Positions 38,131 to 47,495 of a stretch of 64,000 bases of DNA are shown piece by piece (within the stretch, counting starts at the first letter, position 1; every line of letters begins with the position of its first letter). The notes under the pieces are model-generated. The model did not search any database, had not been told where the DNA came from, and saw only the letters and a list, made by a program, of their open reading frames with translations. This stretch comes from Flavobacteriales bacterium (GTDB lineage Bacteria; Bacteroidota; Bacteroidia; M30B66). The translations under genes were made by a program, and so were the position numbers. The stretch covers positions 24,250 through 88,249 of the forward strand of contig JBKBKN010000002.1 of NCBI GenBank assembly GCA_046294625.1, written 5' to 3'.

Positions 38131-40485
38131 ATGATTTTATTTCTATTGCCATTAACCGCTCAAGCTCAAGACGGTGGATCGTTGATAGGCGTAATCTCCC
38201 ACAATAATGAAACATTGGTGGGCACCAGCGTAAGCATTCCTTCGTTGGGCGTTGGGGCCAACAGCAATAAAGATGGGAATTATGCTTTGAATGGATTGAT
38301 TTCAGGAAAGCATGTAGTCAAGATTAAAATGTTGGGCTATCTGCCGATAACAGATACGATTACGATCAGTGAAGGAGAAACACTTACCCGCAATTATGAT
38401 TTGAAAAAGGACTTGCTGCTGTTGTCAGAGTTTGTGATTTCCGGAAGCCGAAACCTAATTCCCCGTCAGGAATCGCCGGTATTGATAAATTCCATTTCAT
38501 CGAAAACACTCAGCAATCTGCAATCTAACAGCATTGCAGATGGCTTGAGTTTTAGTCCGGGCCTTCGCCTAGAGAATAATTGTCAAAATTGTGGATTCAC
38601 GCAAGTGCGCATGAATGGCTTGGAAGGTCCTTACACGCAAATTCTGATTAACAGTCGGCCGGTGTTTTCTGCCTTAGCGGGGGTGTATGGTCTTGAGATG
38701 ATTCCACCCAACATGGTTGAAAGACTTGAGGTAATTCGTGGTGCGGGTTCTGTGTTATACGGAGGCAATGCCATAGCAGGGACTTTAAACATTATTACCA
38801 AAGAACCCATTCAAAACTCCTTTGAAGCATCGATTAATCAAGCTTATATCATGCCCGACACACCTGACCGAACGGTGAGTTTGAATGGATCGTTGGTGAA
38901 CAAAAAACTAAATAAAGGTGTGCGCTTTTTTGCCTTCAATAGAAACCGCAATGCATGGGATGCAAACGGTGATGGTTTTTCAGAACTGACAAAAATTCGG
39001 AACAGCACTATGGGCCTTGATGCTTACTATCAAATTCATGAGCGGAGTAAATTGAAAGCCGGACTATTTTACATTCACGAATTTCGTCGTGGAGGAAGTG
39101 ATATGGAACTTTTGCCACATCAAAGCCGGCTTGCAAAGCAGGCAAAGCATAAAGTGCTTAGTTCAAATGTTTCTTACGAAGCATTTAGTAGAAATTTGAA
39201 AAATAAATTTTCTATCTACAGCTCTTTGCAACACATTCAGCGAGACAGCTATTATGGGGTCGGTGGGCGCATTCTTATGCCCGGCGACACACTCACCGAG
39301 ACAGATATGATTGCCTTAAACGCATATGGTGAATCTCAAGATTTATCATGGGTTTCAGGTGTGCAATTTAACCGAACTCTAAACAAAAATCTTTCGCTCA
39401 TCAGTGGAATAGAACACATTCAAAATGATGTGAAGGATAGGATGATTGGCTATGGTAGAAAAATTGAACAACAAACCAATGCTTCGGGCACCTATGCAGA
39501 ACTCACCTATAAAGGTAATCGCAATTGGCAAATCACAGCCGGAGCAAGGAACGATTTGTTACACATTAATGGCGTTTACAATCTTGGCGATGAACGTTTC
39601 GTCCAACAAAAAGCAATGATCGTGCCTGTTCCCAGAATTTCAACTATGTATCAGTGGAATGAAAACTGGGCTTGGCGTGCAACACTCGCTCAAGGCTATC
39701 GCGGTCCACAGGCTTTTGATGAAGATTTGCACATCGAAACAGTTGGTGGAAACGCACGATTTATTCGATTAGCCGAAGACCTGAAAACCGAAAAATCGAA
39801 CAGTTTGAGCATGTCGATCAGTCATGAGAAAAGTGCGGGAAAAAGACAACTAAACATTGTATTGGAAGCCTTCTACACTCAGCTTCTCAACCCCTTCATT
39901 CTGACCGATTTGGAAGAAATATCCACCGGTGTTTCAGTGCTCACCAAAAGAAATGCATCAGGGGCTTCTGTTGGAGGCTTCAATATGGAAGCAAATTTTG
40001 CTTTTGGCGAAAAAATAATTCTGCAATCCGGCGCTACAATTCAATATGCGCAATACGATCAGAATGAGACACTATGGAGCCCTGATGATGAGTTAGGCGA
40101 AAATGAAGTAAGTACTAAAAGAATATTGAGAACTCCAAATAGCTATGGATATGCTCATGTAACGTATCGACTTCGAGAAAACATTGCTTTTTACTATTCA
40201 GCAATTTATACCGGCAAAATGCTATTAACGCATATGGTCGATCCGGAAACAGAACGAATCGAACTTAAAGAAACACCACGTTTTTTTGAGCATAATATTA
40301 AGATATCGTACACCTTAAAGAGAACGAAAAGCTTGAAGTACGAGATTCATGCAGGGGTTCACAATATTTCGAACAGCTTTCAGCGTGATTTTGATCGAGG
40401 TGCGGAAAGAGATGCAGGTTATGTTTACGGTCCTGTGCGACCACGAACAGTTTTCTTTGGCATTAGAATGGGTTTAGGAACCTAA
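38131..40485 (+). CDS. TonB-dependent outer-membrane receptor with N-terminal carboxypeptidase-regulatory-like domain and plug domain.
   Basis: Signal peptide MILFLLPLTAQA, then ...LIGVISHNNETLVGTSVSIPSLGVGANSNKDGNYALNGL... and plug domain ...FVISGSRNLIPRQESPVLINSI...VERLEVIRGAGSVLYGGNAIAGTLNIITKEP. The track start at 38044 is a TTG 29 codons upstream. Confidence 0.85.
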   Translation: MILFLLPLTAQAQDGGSLIGVISHNNETLVGTSVSIPSLGVGANSNKDGNYALNGLISGKHVVKIKMLGYLPITDTITISEGETLTRNYDLKKDLLLLSEFVISGSRNLIPRQESPVLINSISSKTLSNLQSNSIADGLSFSPGLRLENNCQNCGFTQVRMNGLEGPYTQILINSRPVFSALAGVYGLEMIPPNMVERLEVIRGAGSVLYGGNAIAGTLNIITKEPIQNSFEASINQAYIMPDTPDRTVSLNGSLVNKKLNKGVRFFAFNRNRNAWDANGDGFSELTKIRNSTMGLDAYYQIHERSKLKAGLFYIHEFRRGGSDMELLPHQSRLAKQAKHKVLSSNVSYEAFSRNLKNKFSIYSSLQHIQRDSYYGVGGRILMPGDTLTETDMIALNAYGESQDLSWVSGVQFNRTLNKNLSLISGIEHIQNDVKDRMIGYGRKIEQQTNASGTYAELTYKGNRNWQITAGARNDLLHINGVYNLGDERFVQQKAMIVPVPRISTMYQWNENWAWRATLAQGYRGPQAFDEDLHIETVGGNARFIRLAEDLKTEKSNSLSMSISHEKSAGKRQLNIVLEAFYTQLLNPFILTDLEEISTGVSVLTKRNASGASVGGFNMEANFAFGEKIILQSGATIQYAQYDQNETLWSPDDELGENEVSTKRILRTPNSYGYAHVTYRLRENIAFYYSAIYTGKMLLTHMVDPETERIELKETPRFFEHNIKISYTLKRTKSLKYEIHAGVHNISNSFQRDFDRGAERDAGYVYGPVRPRTVFFGIRMGLGT

Positions 40486-40517
40486 TTTGTTCTATTGAAA
40501 GCGAGGGGCGTCATGCC

Positions 40518-41849
40518 TTAATACCTCAGCCACTTCCAAAGCTCTTTATAATTCACCTTTTTACCATACATGAGAATACCTGTTCGGTAAATTCTTCCGG
40601 CAAGCCAAGTAGTGAATATAAACCCTGCCACGAGCAAGCCCATAGACAAGAGCAATTCAAAAACATGCACCTGAAAGGGCAAGCGAACCATCATAACCAC
40701 CGGGGAAGTGAAGGGAATGATAGAAAACCAGAATGCGAGCTTTCCGGTGGGGTCTTGCATCACCGTTTGTGCCACCATGATAGCCAAGATTAAAGGCACT
40801 GTGATGGGTAACATAAACTGCTGGGTGTCTGCTTCATTGTCCACCGCTCCGCCGATAGCGGCAAAGAGTGCACCATAGAGCAAATATCCGCCAAGGAAAT
40901 AAAAGATAAACACCGGAATCATCAGCCCCCAGTTAATTCCTTTTATGCGGTCGATGATTTGACTGGTTTCTATCATTTTATCTACATTCTCCACCGACGT
41001 TCCTTCCGGAGCAGTTTGCACGATTTGCTCAATTCTTTCCTTGTTAAAATTATCTTTAACAAACACACCCATTACTCCTGAATAAATTGCAAAAGTTAAT
41101 ACTACCCAAAGCAAAAATTGCGTGAGCCCAACCAATGCAATTCCAATGATTTTGCCCATCATGAGTTGAAAGGGTTTAACGGATGAAATAATAACTTCCA
41201 CGATTCGGCTCGTTTTCTCCTCAATTACGCCCCGCATGACTTGCGCACCATATAGGAATATGAAAAAATAAATCATAATGCCTCCGACAAAACCTAAGGC
41301 AGTGCTCACCTCCACATCGGCTGAGCGACCCTTCTTTTCATCTTCTTCGGTGATATTGGCCAAATTGATTTTCACTGATTTTTTCACACTTTCCACCAGT
41401 TCAGGATCCACACCTTCGCTTTTGAGCATAATTTTCTCCACTTGCCGCTCAAGCTGATTCTCGATATAAATTTTTACTGTGAGACTAATTTGTGATGCCG
41501 AATAGATCTTAAAGTTGCGCTGATTGTGTGCAAAGTTTTCATCGGTTATTTTAGGCAAATGAAGTATTGCATAATACTTATTCTGCTCCAGATTTGCTCT
41601 TGCGTCATCAATCGGCTGCTGCGTGTAAGCAAAGCGAATAGTTTCGTTTTCTTTCAATTGATAAGCCGCAATGCCCAATTCGTCGATTACCTGAATAACC
41701 CGCATTTCCTTACTAGCCGTGGCTAACCAAATCGGCACAATCGCTATCGCTGCCATTAGAATTGGCCCGATGATGGTCATAATGATAAACGACTTCTTTC
41801 TAACCCTTGTTAAATATTCTCTTTTGATGATCAATCCGATTTTTCCCAT
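40518..41849 (-). CDS. ABC-2 family transporter permease (NatB-like).
   Basis: N-terminal TM segment, large extracytoplasmic loop, then 5 C-terminal TM segments. Immediately downstream of the ABC ATPase. Confidence 0.75.
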   Translation of the reverse strand: MGKIGLIIKREYLTRVRKKSFIIMTIIGPILMAAIAIVPIWLATASKEMRVIQVIDELGIAAYQLKENETIRFAYTQQPIDDARANLEQNKYYAILHLPKITDENFAHNQRNFKIYSASQISLTVKIYIENQLERQVEKIMLKSEGVDPELVESVKKSVKINLANITEEDEKKGRSADVEVSTALGFVGGIMIYFFIFLYGAQVMRGVIEEKTSRIVEVIISSVKPFQLMMGKIIGIALVGLTQFLLWVVLTFAIYSGVMGVFVKDNFNKERIEQIVQTAPEGTSVENVDKMIETSQIIDRIKGINWGLMIPVFIFYFLGGYLLYGALFAAIGGAVDNEADTQQFMLPITVPLILAIMVAQTVMQDPTGKLAFWFSIIPFTSPVVMMVRLPFQVHVFELLLSMGLLVAGFIFTTWLAGRIYRTGILMYGKKVNYKELWKWLRY

Positions 41850-41852
41850 GAC

Positions 41853-42773
41853 TTAGTTTTGAACGGTTTTGATAAAAATTTCTTCCATTGTAGGTATCGA
41901 CTCTCTCAGACCTGTGATTTGCACATGCGGAATTAAGGCTTTAAGCAAATCATTCACTGAATTGTCTCCAAGTAATTTAATGGTGAAAGTATGATGATCT
42001 TGATCGTCACTTCTTTTGGTTAGTATCTCTGCACCTGCCCATAATGCAGTGGTGAAGGCGATTACACTGCCTACAAATGAAATCTCAAAAGAGTTGTTTT
42101 TATACGCATCGCGAATTTCCGTCACACGGCCATCCAAAATCTTTTTTGACTTATTGATCAATGCGATGTGATCGCAGAGCTCTTCGACTGAATCCATACG
42201 GTGTGTAGAGAAGATAATGGTGACACCTTTTTTAGAAATCTCAAGAATCTCTCGTTTAATCAGATTTGCATTCACCGGGTCGAAGCCGGAAAAGGGTTCA
42301 TCAAAAATGAGCAGCTCCGGCTCATGCAACACCGTAACGATAAACTGCACTTTCTGAGCCATTCCCTTAGATAACTCTTCCACTTTTTTATTCCACCAGG
42401 CTTGAATCTCAAACTTTTCGAACCAATATCGAAGCCTGCGCTTGGCCTCTTCTTTACTTAAGCCTTTGAGTCGCGCCAGGTACAAACACTGTTCCCCTAC
42501 TTCCATCTTTTTATAGAGTCCGCGCTCTTCGGGTAAATAACCAATTCGCTCAACATGCTCCGGACGTAAAGGCTGTCCATTAAAAAACAGCTCACCTGTA
42601 TCAGGCGCAGTAATTTGGTTGATAATTCGGATAAAAGATGTTTTACCGGCACCATTCGGGCCGAGTAAACCAAAAATAGATCCCTTGGGAACTGCGATAC
42701 TGATATCTTCCAGTGCAATATAATTTCCATATTGCTTTCTGACGTTTACTGCTTCGAATATATTTGGATGCAT
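41853..42773 (-). CDS. ABC transporter ATP-binding protein (NatA-like).
   Basis: Walker A GLLGPNGAGKTS, signature LSKGMAQKV, Walker B LLIFDEPFSGFD. Confidence 0.85.
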   Translation of the reverse strand: MHPNIFEAVNVRKQYGNYIALEDISIAVPKGSIFGLLGPNGAGKTSFIRIINQITAPDTGELFFNGQPLRPEHVERIGYLPEERGLYKKMEVGEQCLYLARLKGLSKEEAKRRLRYWFEKFEIQAWWNKKVEELSKGMAQKVQFIVTVLHEPELLIFDEPFSGFDPVNANLIKREILEISKKGVTIIFSTHRMDSVEELCDHIALINKSKKILDGRVTEIRDAYKNNSFEISFVGSVIAFTTALWAGAEILTKRSDDQDHHTFTIKLLGDNSVNDLLKALIPHVQITGLRESIPTMEEIFIKTVQN

Positions 42774-42900
42774 GCGGCGAAATTAATGATTTAGCTTTTG
42801 CTTACTTATTGAATTGCTGTTTGATGCTATGTGTATCATTCTTCAAAAAGAAATTACAGTCAATCGCACATCAATTTGAATGGTGCTATCGATATCTCAA

Positions 42901-42940
42901 TAAAAAAAAGGCGATAATCTAACTTGTGTAGATTACCGCC
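42901..42940 (-). terminator. Rho-independent terminator of sodA.
   Basis: Plus strand tAAAAAAAAgGCGATAATCTAacttgtgTAGATTACCGCC: a 12-bp stem with one mismatch. On the minus strand the stem is followed by a U-run. Confidence 0.55.
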
Positions 42941-42960
42941 TGTAATAATTTCCGAGTTCT

Positions 42961-43566
42961 TTATTTTGCTTGATTAAAGCGTTGTGCAACTGCATTCCAG
43001 TTCACTACATTCCACCAAGCACCAATGTAGTCAGGGCGACGATTTTGATAATGTAGATAATAGGCATGCTCCCAAACATCAAGCCCCATGATCGGGAAAC
43101 CTTTTACTTCAGCTATATCCATCAATGGATTATCTTGATTAGCTGTAGAAGTGATGGTTAATTTGCCATCGTGCAAAACCAACCATGCCCAGCCGCTGCC
43201 AAATCTTGTTGCTGCAGCTTTATTGAACTCTTCTTTCATTTTGTCAAATGAGCCAAAGGCAGTATTGATAGCACTGGCAAGGTCTCCGGTGGGCGCTCCC
43301 CCGGCATTCGGACCCATAATTTGCCAAAACATAGCATGATTGTAGTGCCCGCCACCATTGTTGCGAACAGCCGGGCCATATTTAGAAACATTTGCTAATA
43401 TTTCTTCAAGACTCAGTTTTTCCGCATCAGTTCCAGCGATAGCATTATTCAGATTGGTTACATAGGCATTGTGGTGCTTGGTATGGTGAATTTCCATAGT
43501 GCGCGCGTCAATATGCGGTTCCAACGCATTGTAGTCGTAAGGTAATTTTGGGAGTTCGAATGACAT
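42961..43566 (-). CDS. sodA: Superoxide dismutase, Mn-type (Fe/Mn SOD family).
   Basis: ...HHTKHH..., [13 protein letters not shown] (SodA-like), ...TANQDNPLM...[20 protein letters not shown].... Confidence 0.85.
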   Translation of the reverse strand: MSFELPKLPYDYNALEPHIDARTMEIHHTKHHNAYVTNLNNAIAGTDAEKLSLEEILANVSKYGPAVRNNGGGHYNHAMFWQIMGPNAGGAPTGDLASAINTAFGSFDKMKEEFNKAAATRFGSGWAWLVLHDGKLTITSTANQDNPLMDIAEVKGFPIMGLDVWEHAYYLHYQNRRPDYIGAWWNVVNWNAVAQRFNQAK

Positions 43567-43679
43567 GTTTATTGGGTTTTAAATGTTTAAATGTTGCGGT
43601 CAAAATTAGACAAACTTGGGCAATGTCAAATTCAAGCTTTCAAACAAGATTCAACAAATTATGTTCGCCATTTCGCCTT

Positions 43680-44432
43680 TTAACGGTGAAAGAATGTGAG
43701 AATATCATTGATATCCACCGGCTTATTTTCAGCTTTTTTAACATCGCGAGCAATCATCCCTTGCCGCATAAACAAAATTCGGTCACCATAATCAATTGCA
43801 TGCTGAAGTTGATGTGTAATCATGATGGCCGTTATATTTTTTGCTCTGATCAAATCATTACTCAAATGCATTACTTTCTCAGAAACTGCGGGATCGAGTG
43901 CGGCAGTAGGCTCGTCGAGTAGCAATAAATCGGGGTTAACAGCTGTTGCCATAAGCAAGGAGAGCACCTGCCGCTGCCCACCTGACAAGCTCCCTACCAG
44001 AGCATTTACTTTGTTTTCCAGTCCCATAGCAGGCCATGCCAATGCTGTCATCAGTCGTTCTGTAAATTCATGATTCTTACCAAACCTGAAGCCTTTAGAC
44101 TTATCGCGCAATTCTGCAAGCCTGTAATTGTCACTAACTGTTAAGTCTGATGCCACACCATCGGAAGGGTTTTGAAACACACGTCCGATGAACTTGGCCC
44201 TTTCAAAATCATTCAGCCGACTGATTTCTTTTTTGTTAATTGTAATTTTTCCCTTATCTGGCATCAAACTCCCTGCTATACAGTTAAAAAAGGTAGATTT
44301 TCCGGAGCCGTTATCTCCCACAACAACCACAAATTCGCCGGCATTAATCTCAAGATTAATATTTCTAAGTGCCTGGACTTCATCCGGAGTGCCTTTGCCA
44401 AAGGTTTTAGATAATTCTTTGATTTTGAGCAT
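43680..44432 (-). CDS. ABC transporter ATP-binding protein (uncharacterised-substrate ABC system).
   Basis: Walker A GDNGSGKSTF, signature LSGGQRQ, Walker B LLLLDEPTAALD. Confidence 0.85.
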   Translation of the reverse strand: MLKIKELSKTFGKGTPDEVQALRNINLEINAGEFVVVVGDNGSGKSTFFNCIAGSLMPDKGKITINKKEISRLNDFERAKFIGRVFQNPSDGVASDLTVSDNYRLAELRDKSKGFRFGKNHEFTERLMTALAWPAMGLENKVNALVGSLSGGQRQVLSLLMATAVNPDLLLLDEPTAALDPAVSEKVMHLSNDLIRAKNITAIMITHQLQHAIDYGDRILFMRQGMIARDVKKAENKPVDINDILTFFHR

Positions 44433-44435
44433 ACT

Positions 44436-45311
44436 TCAGAATTTTAACTTGAAAGATGATTTGGAAGGATATGCCACAAATATCAAAACGAATAGCGCAG
44501 TGATAGCTTTGAGCCACAAGGGGTCTATTCCTGAAGAAATGGCTAAGGCAATTGCTCCTCTGAAAATCAGGCAGCCTAACAAAACACCAAGCATCCGCCA
44601 CAATAGGCTTTGTCTATTAATCATTTGTGTGATTCGTTCTCCAATCATGGCCGCACCCAATCCGAAAATCACAATACCTATTCCCATGTTAATATCTGCA
44701 AATCCTTGCAACTGCGCCACCAAGGAACCACTCAAAGCGGTCATACCATTGGCTATTGCCAATCCGGCTATTTTTAACTTTTGGGGATTAACACCAAAAG
44801 CACTCACCATTTTTTCATTGTTGCCGGTGGCACGCATGGCAATGCCATAGTCGGTATGCAAAAGCATGAGAATAACGGCGAATACTACAAATCCTATGGT
44901 TGCGAAAACAAAAATAGCCCAATTAGTTTGATATGGGCCACCATCTGGATAATTGAGAATGCTCACTTTTTGAAGCAAAGGAATATTTGACCTACCCATT
45001 ATAAAAAGATTAAAAGAGTACAGGGCGGTCATCACCAAAATTCCCGCCAACAGCGGGTTAACTTTCAAGCGGGTATTGATGATTCCCGTAGCTATTCCGG
45101 ATAGCATACCTGATAAGGTGCCACACAACATGGCCAGCCAAGGCGATTGATCCAAAAACAGCATGACAGCAGTGGTGGCCGCGCCTAAAGTGTAAGAGCC
45201 ATCCGTAGTGATATCGGGAAAATTGAAAATTCTTAAGGTAATGAATATGCCCCAGCACATCGGCGCTAAGGCAAGTCCCAAGAGCAATGATTGCAGATAA
45301 TAATCCATCAA
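44436..45311 (-). CDS. ABC transporter permease (partner of the preceding ATPase).
   Basis: Polytopic membrane protein, 291 aa, in an operon between the substrate-binding protein and the ATPase. Confidence 0.75.
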   Translation of the reverse strand: MMDYYLQSLLLGLALAPMCWGIFITLRIFNFPDITTDGSYTLGAATTAVMLFLDQSPWLAMLCGTLSGMLSGIATGIINTRLKVNPLLAGILVMTALYSFNLFIMGRSNIPLLQKVSILNYPDGGPYQTNWAIFVFATIGFVVFAVILMLLHTDYGIAMRATGNNEKMVSAFGVNPQKLKIAGLAIANGMTALSGSLVAQLQGFADINMGIGIVIFGLGAAMIGERITQMINRQSLLWRMLGVLLGCLIFRGAIALAISSGIDPLWLKAITALFVLIFVAYPSKSSFKLKF

Positions 45312-46264
45312 TTGGCTTTAATATAGGATGGTTCCAAGTTAAGTTGAAAACGGCTTGCTTGGGCTTCATTATACATTTTCACTCGCTTTTTGAGTTTTCG
45401 GGGAACAGGAATTTTACCTTTTTTTAAATATCGAGCAGCTTCCATTCCCGATTCATAACCCCAATCGTACATATCGGCGCCAAAACCTGCTACAGCGCCA
45501 CGCACCACCAATCCTGATTCGCTGGTGATGATCGGCACATTGGCTTCATTACATGCTTGCAAAATGGTTTCAAATGAGGCAAAAATGGTATTGTCGGGCA
45601 GGGCAAAGAAAAGGTCGATACCGTCTTTGGTGAGTGAACGAATGGCAGTGTAACACTCGGCAGAATTAGCTACGCCACGCGAAAGAATTTTGTATTCGCC
45701 CAATTTTTCAAAAGCTGAAGTTATTCTTTTCAAAGCATCTACGCTTTGTGGTTCACTTTGATTAAATATCACCCCGATGATTTTACCTTCGGGTCTGATT
45801 TCCTTGGCAAGTGTGGCTGCGGTATCTATATACTCTAATGTCTCATACACCCCAAAAAGATTGACCGGGTCTTTTCCTTTTTTATCTCTCAGTCCTGCCA
45901 AATCGGGACTTGGTGATACCATCATGCAAACCGGTATGGTACGCGTTCTTTGCACGGCGGTGATGGTACTCAGTGTAGAATTGGCCGCAATCAAATCTAC
46001 ACGCTCATTAATAAGATAGTCAACCGATTGCACAAGCATGGGAATATCTCCCTGCGCATTTCGGTAGATCACTTCAAAATCTTGTTTTAATGTCAAACCG
46101 CTATCTTTCAATGCATCGAAAAAACCTTTCTTGGCGCGGTCTAGAGTTTCATCTTCAACTGCATCAACAAAACCAATAACAGGTAAGCCTTTTTGCTTGG
46201 GCTGACAGGAATAAAAGGTGATTGTAAGGCAAAGTAAAAAAATGATTTTTTGAAGGTTTACCAT
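45308..46264 (-). CDS. ABC transporter substrate-binding protein (periplasmic component of the uncharacterised ABC system).
   Basis: Signal/lipoprotein N-terminus MVNLQKIIFLLCLTITFYSCQPKQ. Periplasmic-binding-protein-like alternating beta-alpha pattern. Overlaps the permease start by 4 nt. Confidence 0.7.
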   Translation of the reverse strand: MVNLQKIIFLLCLTITFYSCQPKQKGLPVIGFVDAVEDETLDRAKKGFFDALKDSGLTLKQDFEVIYRNAQGDIPMLVQSVDYLINERVDLIAANSTLSTITAVQRTRTIPVCMMVSPSPDLAGLRDKKGKDPVNLFGVYETLEYIDTAATLAKEIRPEGKIIGVIFNQSEPQSVDALKRITSAFEKLGEYKILSRGVANSAECYTAIRSLTKDGIDLFFALPDNTIFASFETILQACNEANVPIITSESGLVVRGAVAGFGADMYDWGYESGMEAARYLKKGKIPVPRKLKKRVKMYNEAQASRFQLNLEPSYIKAN

Positions 46265-46527
46265 AGCATATGTGTTGGATGAACGATGGGGCTAACTTAG
46301 TTTTTAATCCTGTAGGTGCAATTGATCTTCAATACAAATTCATCAAAAACCTATTTTGAAGTAAAAGTTTTACGCTAATGTCCTTTAAAACTACAGAAGA
46401 TAAAACCCGGAACTCTCAAAAGGTTCATCGTATCGCCAAAAATGCGGATATCAACAATAAGAAGAAGTACTATTTCTCAAACAAAACACCGAATTTACTG
46501 TTATTTAAAATAACAAAAAACCAAAAC

Positions 46528-47028
46528 ATGATTAAGAAATTCTTTGCAATCGGCTTATTATCTATAGCCGTAGCTTGTGGCAATCAAGCTGAAAAAACTG
46601 AAGCTACTGAAAGTAAGGAGCAAACCACACAAGAAGAAAATACCGAACCTGGTGAAAGAGAAATCACCGTGAAAGTAATAGGTAACTCAATGGCCGATAT
46701 GGCTTATGATCAAACTTCAATCACAGTGAATTCGGGTGACCAAATCAAACTCACCCTGATTAATGAGAATGAAGCAGAAGGCATGTATCACAACATCGTG
46801 TTTGTAAAAATAGGCAGTGGTGCTGAAGTAGCTGCTGAAGCTATCAAAGCAGGAAAAGATAAGGCTTATATCCCCGAAAATCCAAATGTGATTGCTGCTT
46901 CTCCTATGGCTGCGCCAAAAGAAACCGTTACGATGGAATTTACTGCACCTGAAAAAGGTTCTTACAATTTCATTTGCACCTATCCGGGACACTTTCCTTT
47001 GATGGTGGGTAAGCTTATCGTGAAGTAA
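46528..47028 (+). CDS. Cupredoxin (azurin/plastocyanin-like blue copper) lipoprotein.
   Basis: MIKKFFAIGLLSIAVACGNQ (lipobox). Copper-ligand pattern ...MYHNIVF... (His) and ...FICTYPGHFPLMVGKLIV (Cys, His, Met). The track start at 46378 adds 50 low-complexity residues. Confidence 0.75.
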   Translation: MIKKFFAIGLLSIAVACGNQAEKTEATESKEQTTQEENTEPGEREITVKVIGNSMADMAYDQTSITVNSGDQIKLTLINENEAEGMYHNIVFVKIGSGAEVAAEAIKAGKDKAYIPENPNVIAASPMAAPKETVTMEFTAPEKGSYNFICTYPGHFPLMVGKLIVK

Positions 47029-47072
47029 GACAAGGTTTAACAATAATTTGTTAGCATATTGAAAAGCGCGCA

Positions 47073-47429
47073 ATGTTTAATGCGTGCTTTTCGTTTACAT
47101 TTGCGACTATGCTTCGTTGGATTAAAATCATCAACCAAAAAGCCCCTTGGGTAAAAAACAGGTATTTTATTGCCTGTTTCATCTTCTTGGTTTATGTCTC
47201 TTTTTTCGACCGAAACAGCATACTCAATCAAATCGAGCAAAAAGCTGAAATCCGCGAACTGAAAAGACAAACCGAATTTTATCAGAACGAAATTGAAGCT
47301 ACCAAAAAATCTCTTCACGACCTTTCGACCAACTACCAGACGATGGAAAATTATGCGCGCGAAACTTTTCTGATGAAGAAAGACAATGAAGATATCTTTT
47401 TGGTGATTAACGAAGGGAAAACTGATTAG
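47073..47429 (+). CDS. Septum formation initiator (FtsB/DivIC family).
   Basis: Single TM segment, then coiled coil ...EQKAEIRELKRQTEFYQNEIEATKKSL... and conserved tail ENYARETFLMKKDNEDIFLV. An alternative start at 47109 (MLRW...) is possible. Confidence 0.7.
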   Translation: MFNACFSFTFATMLRWIKIINQKAPWVKNRYFIACFIFLVYVSFFDRNSILNQIEQKAEIRELKRQTEFYQNEIEATKKSLHDLSTNYQTMENYARETFLMKKDNEDIFLVINEGKTD

Positions 47430-47495
47430 CTTCTAAATCCCCTCTTCCTCACGGACAAGTGATTATTTTATTTAGGTTTGACCCCACGACTGGAT

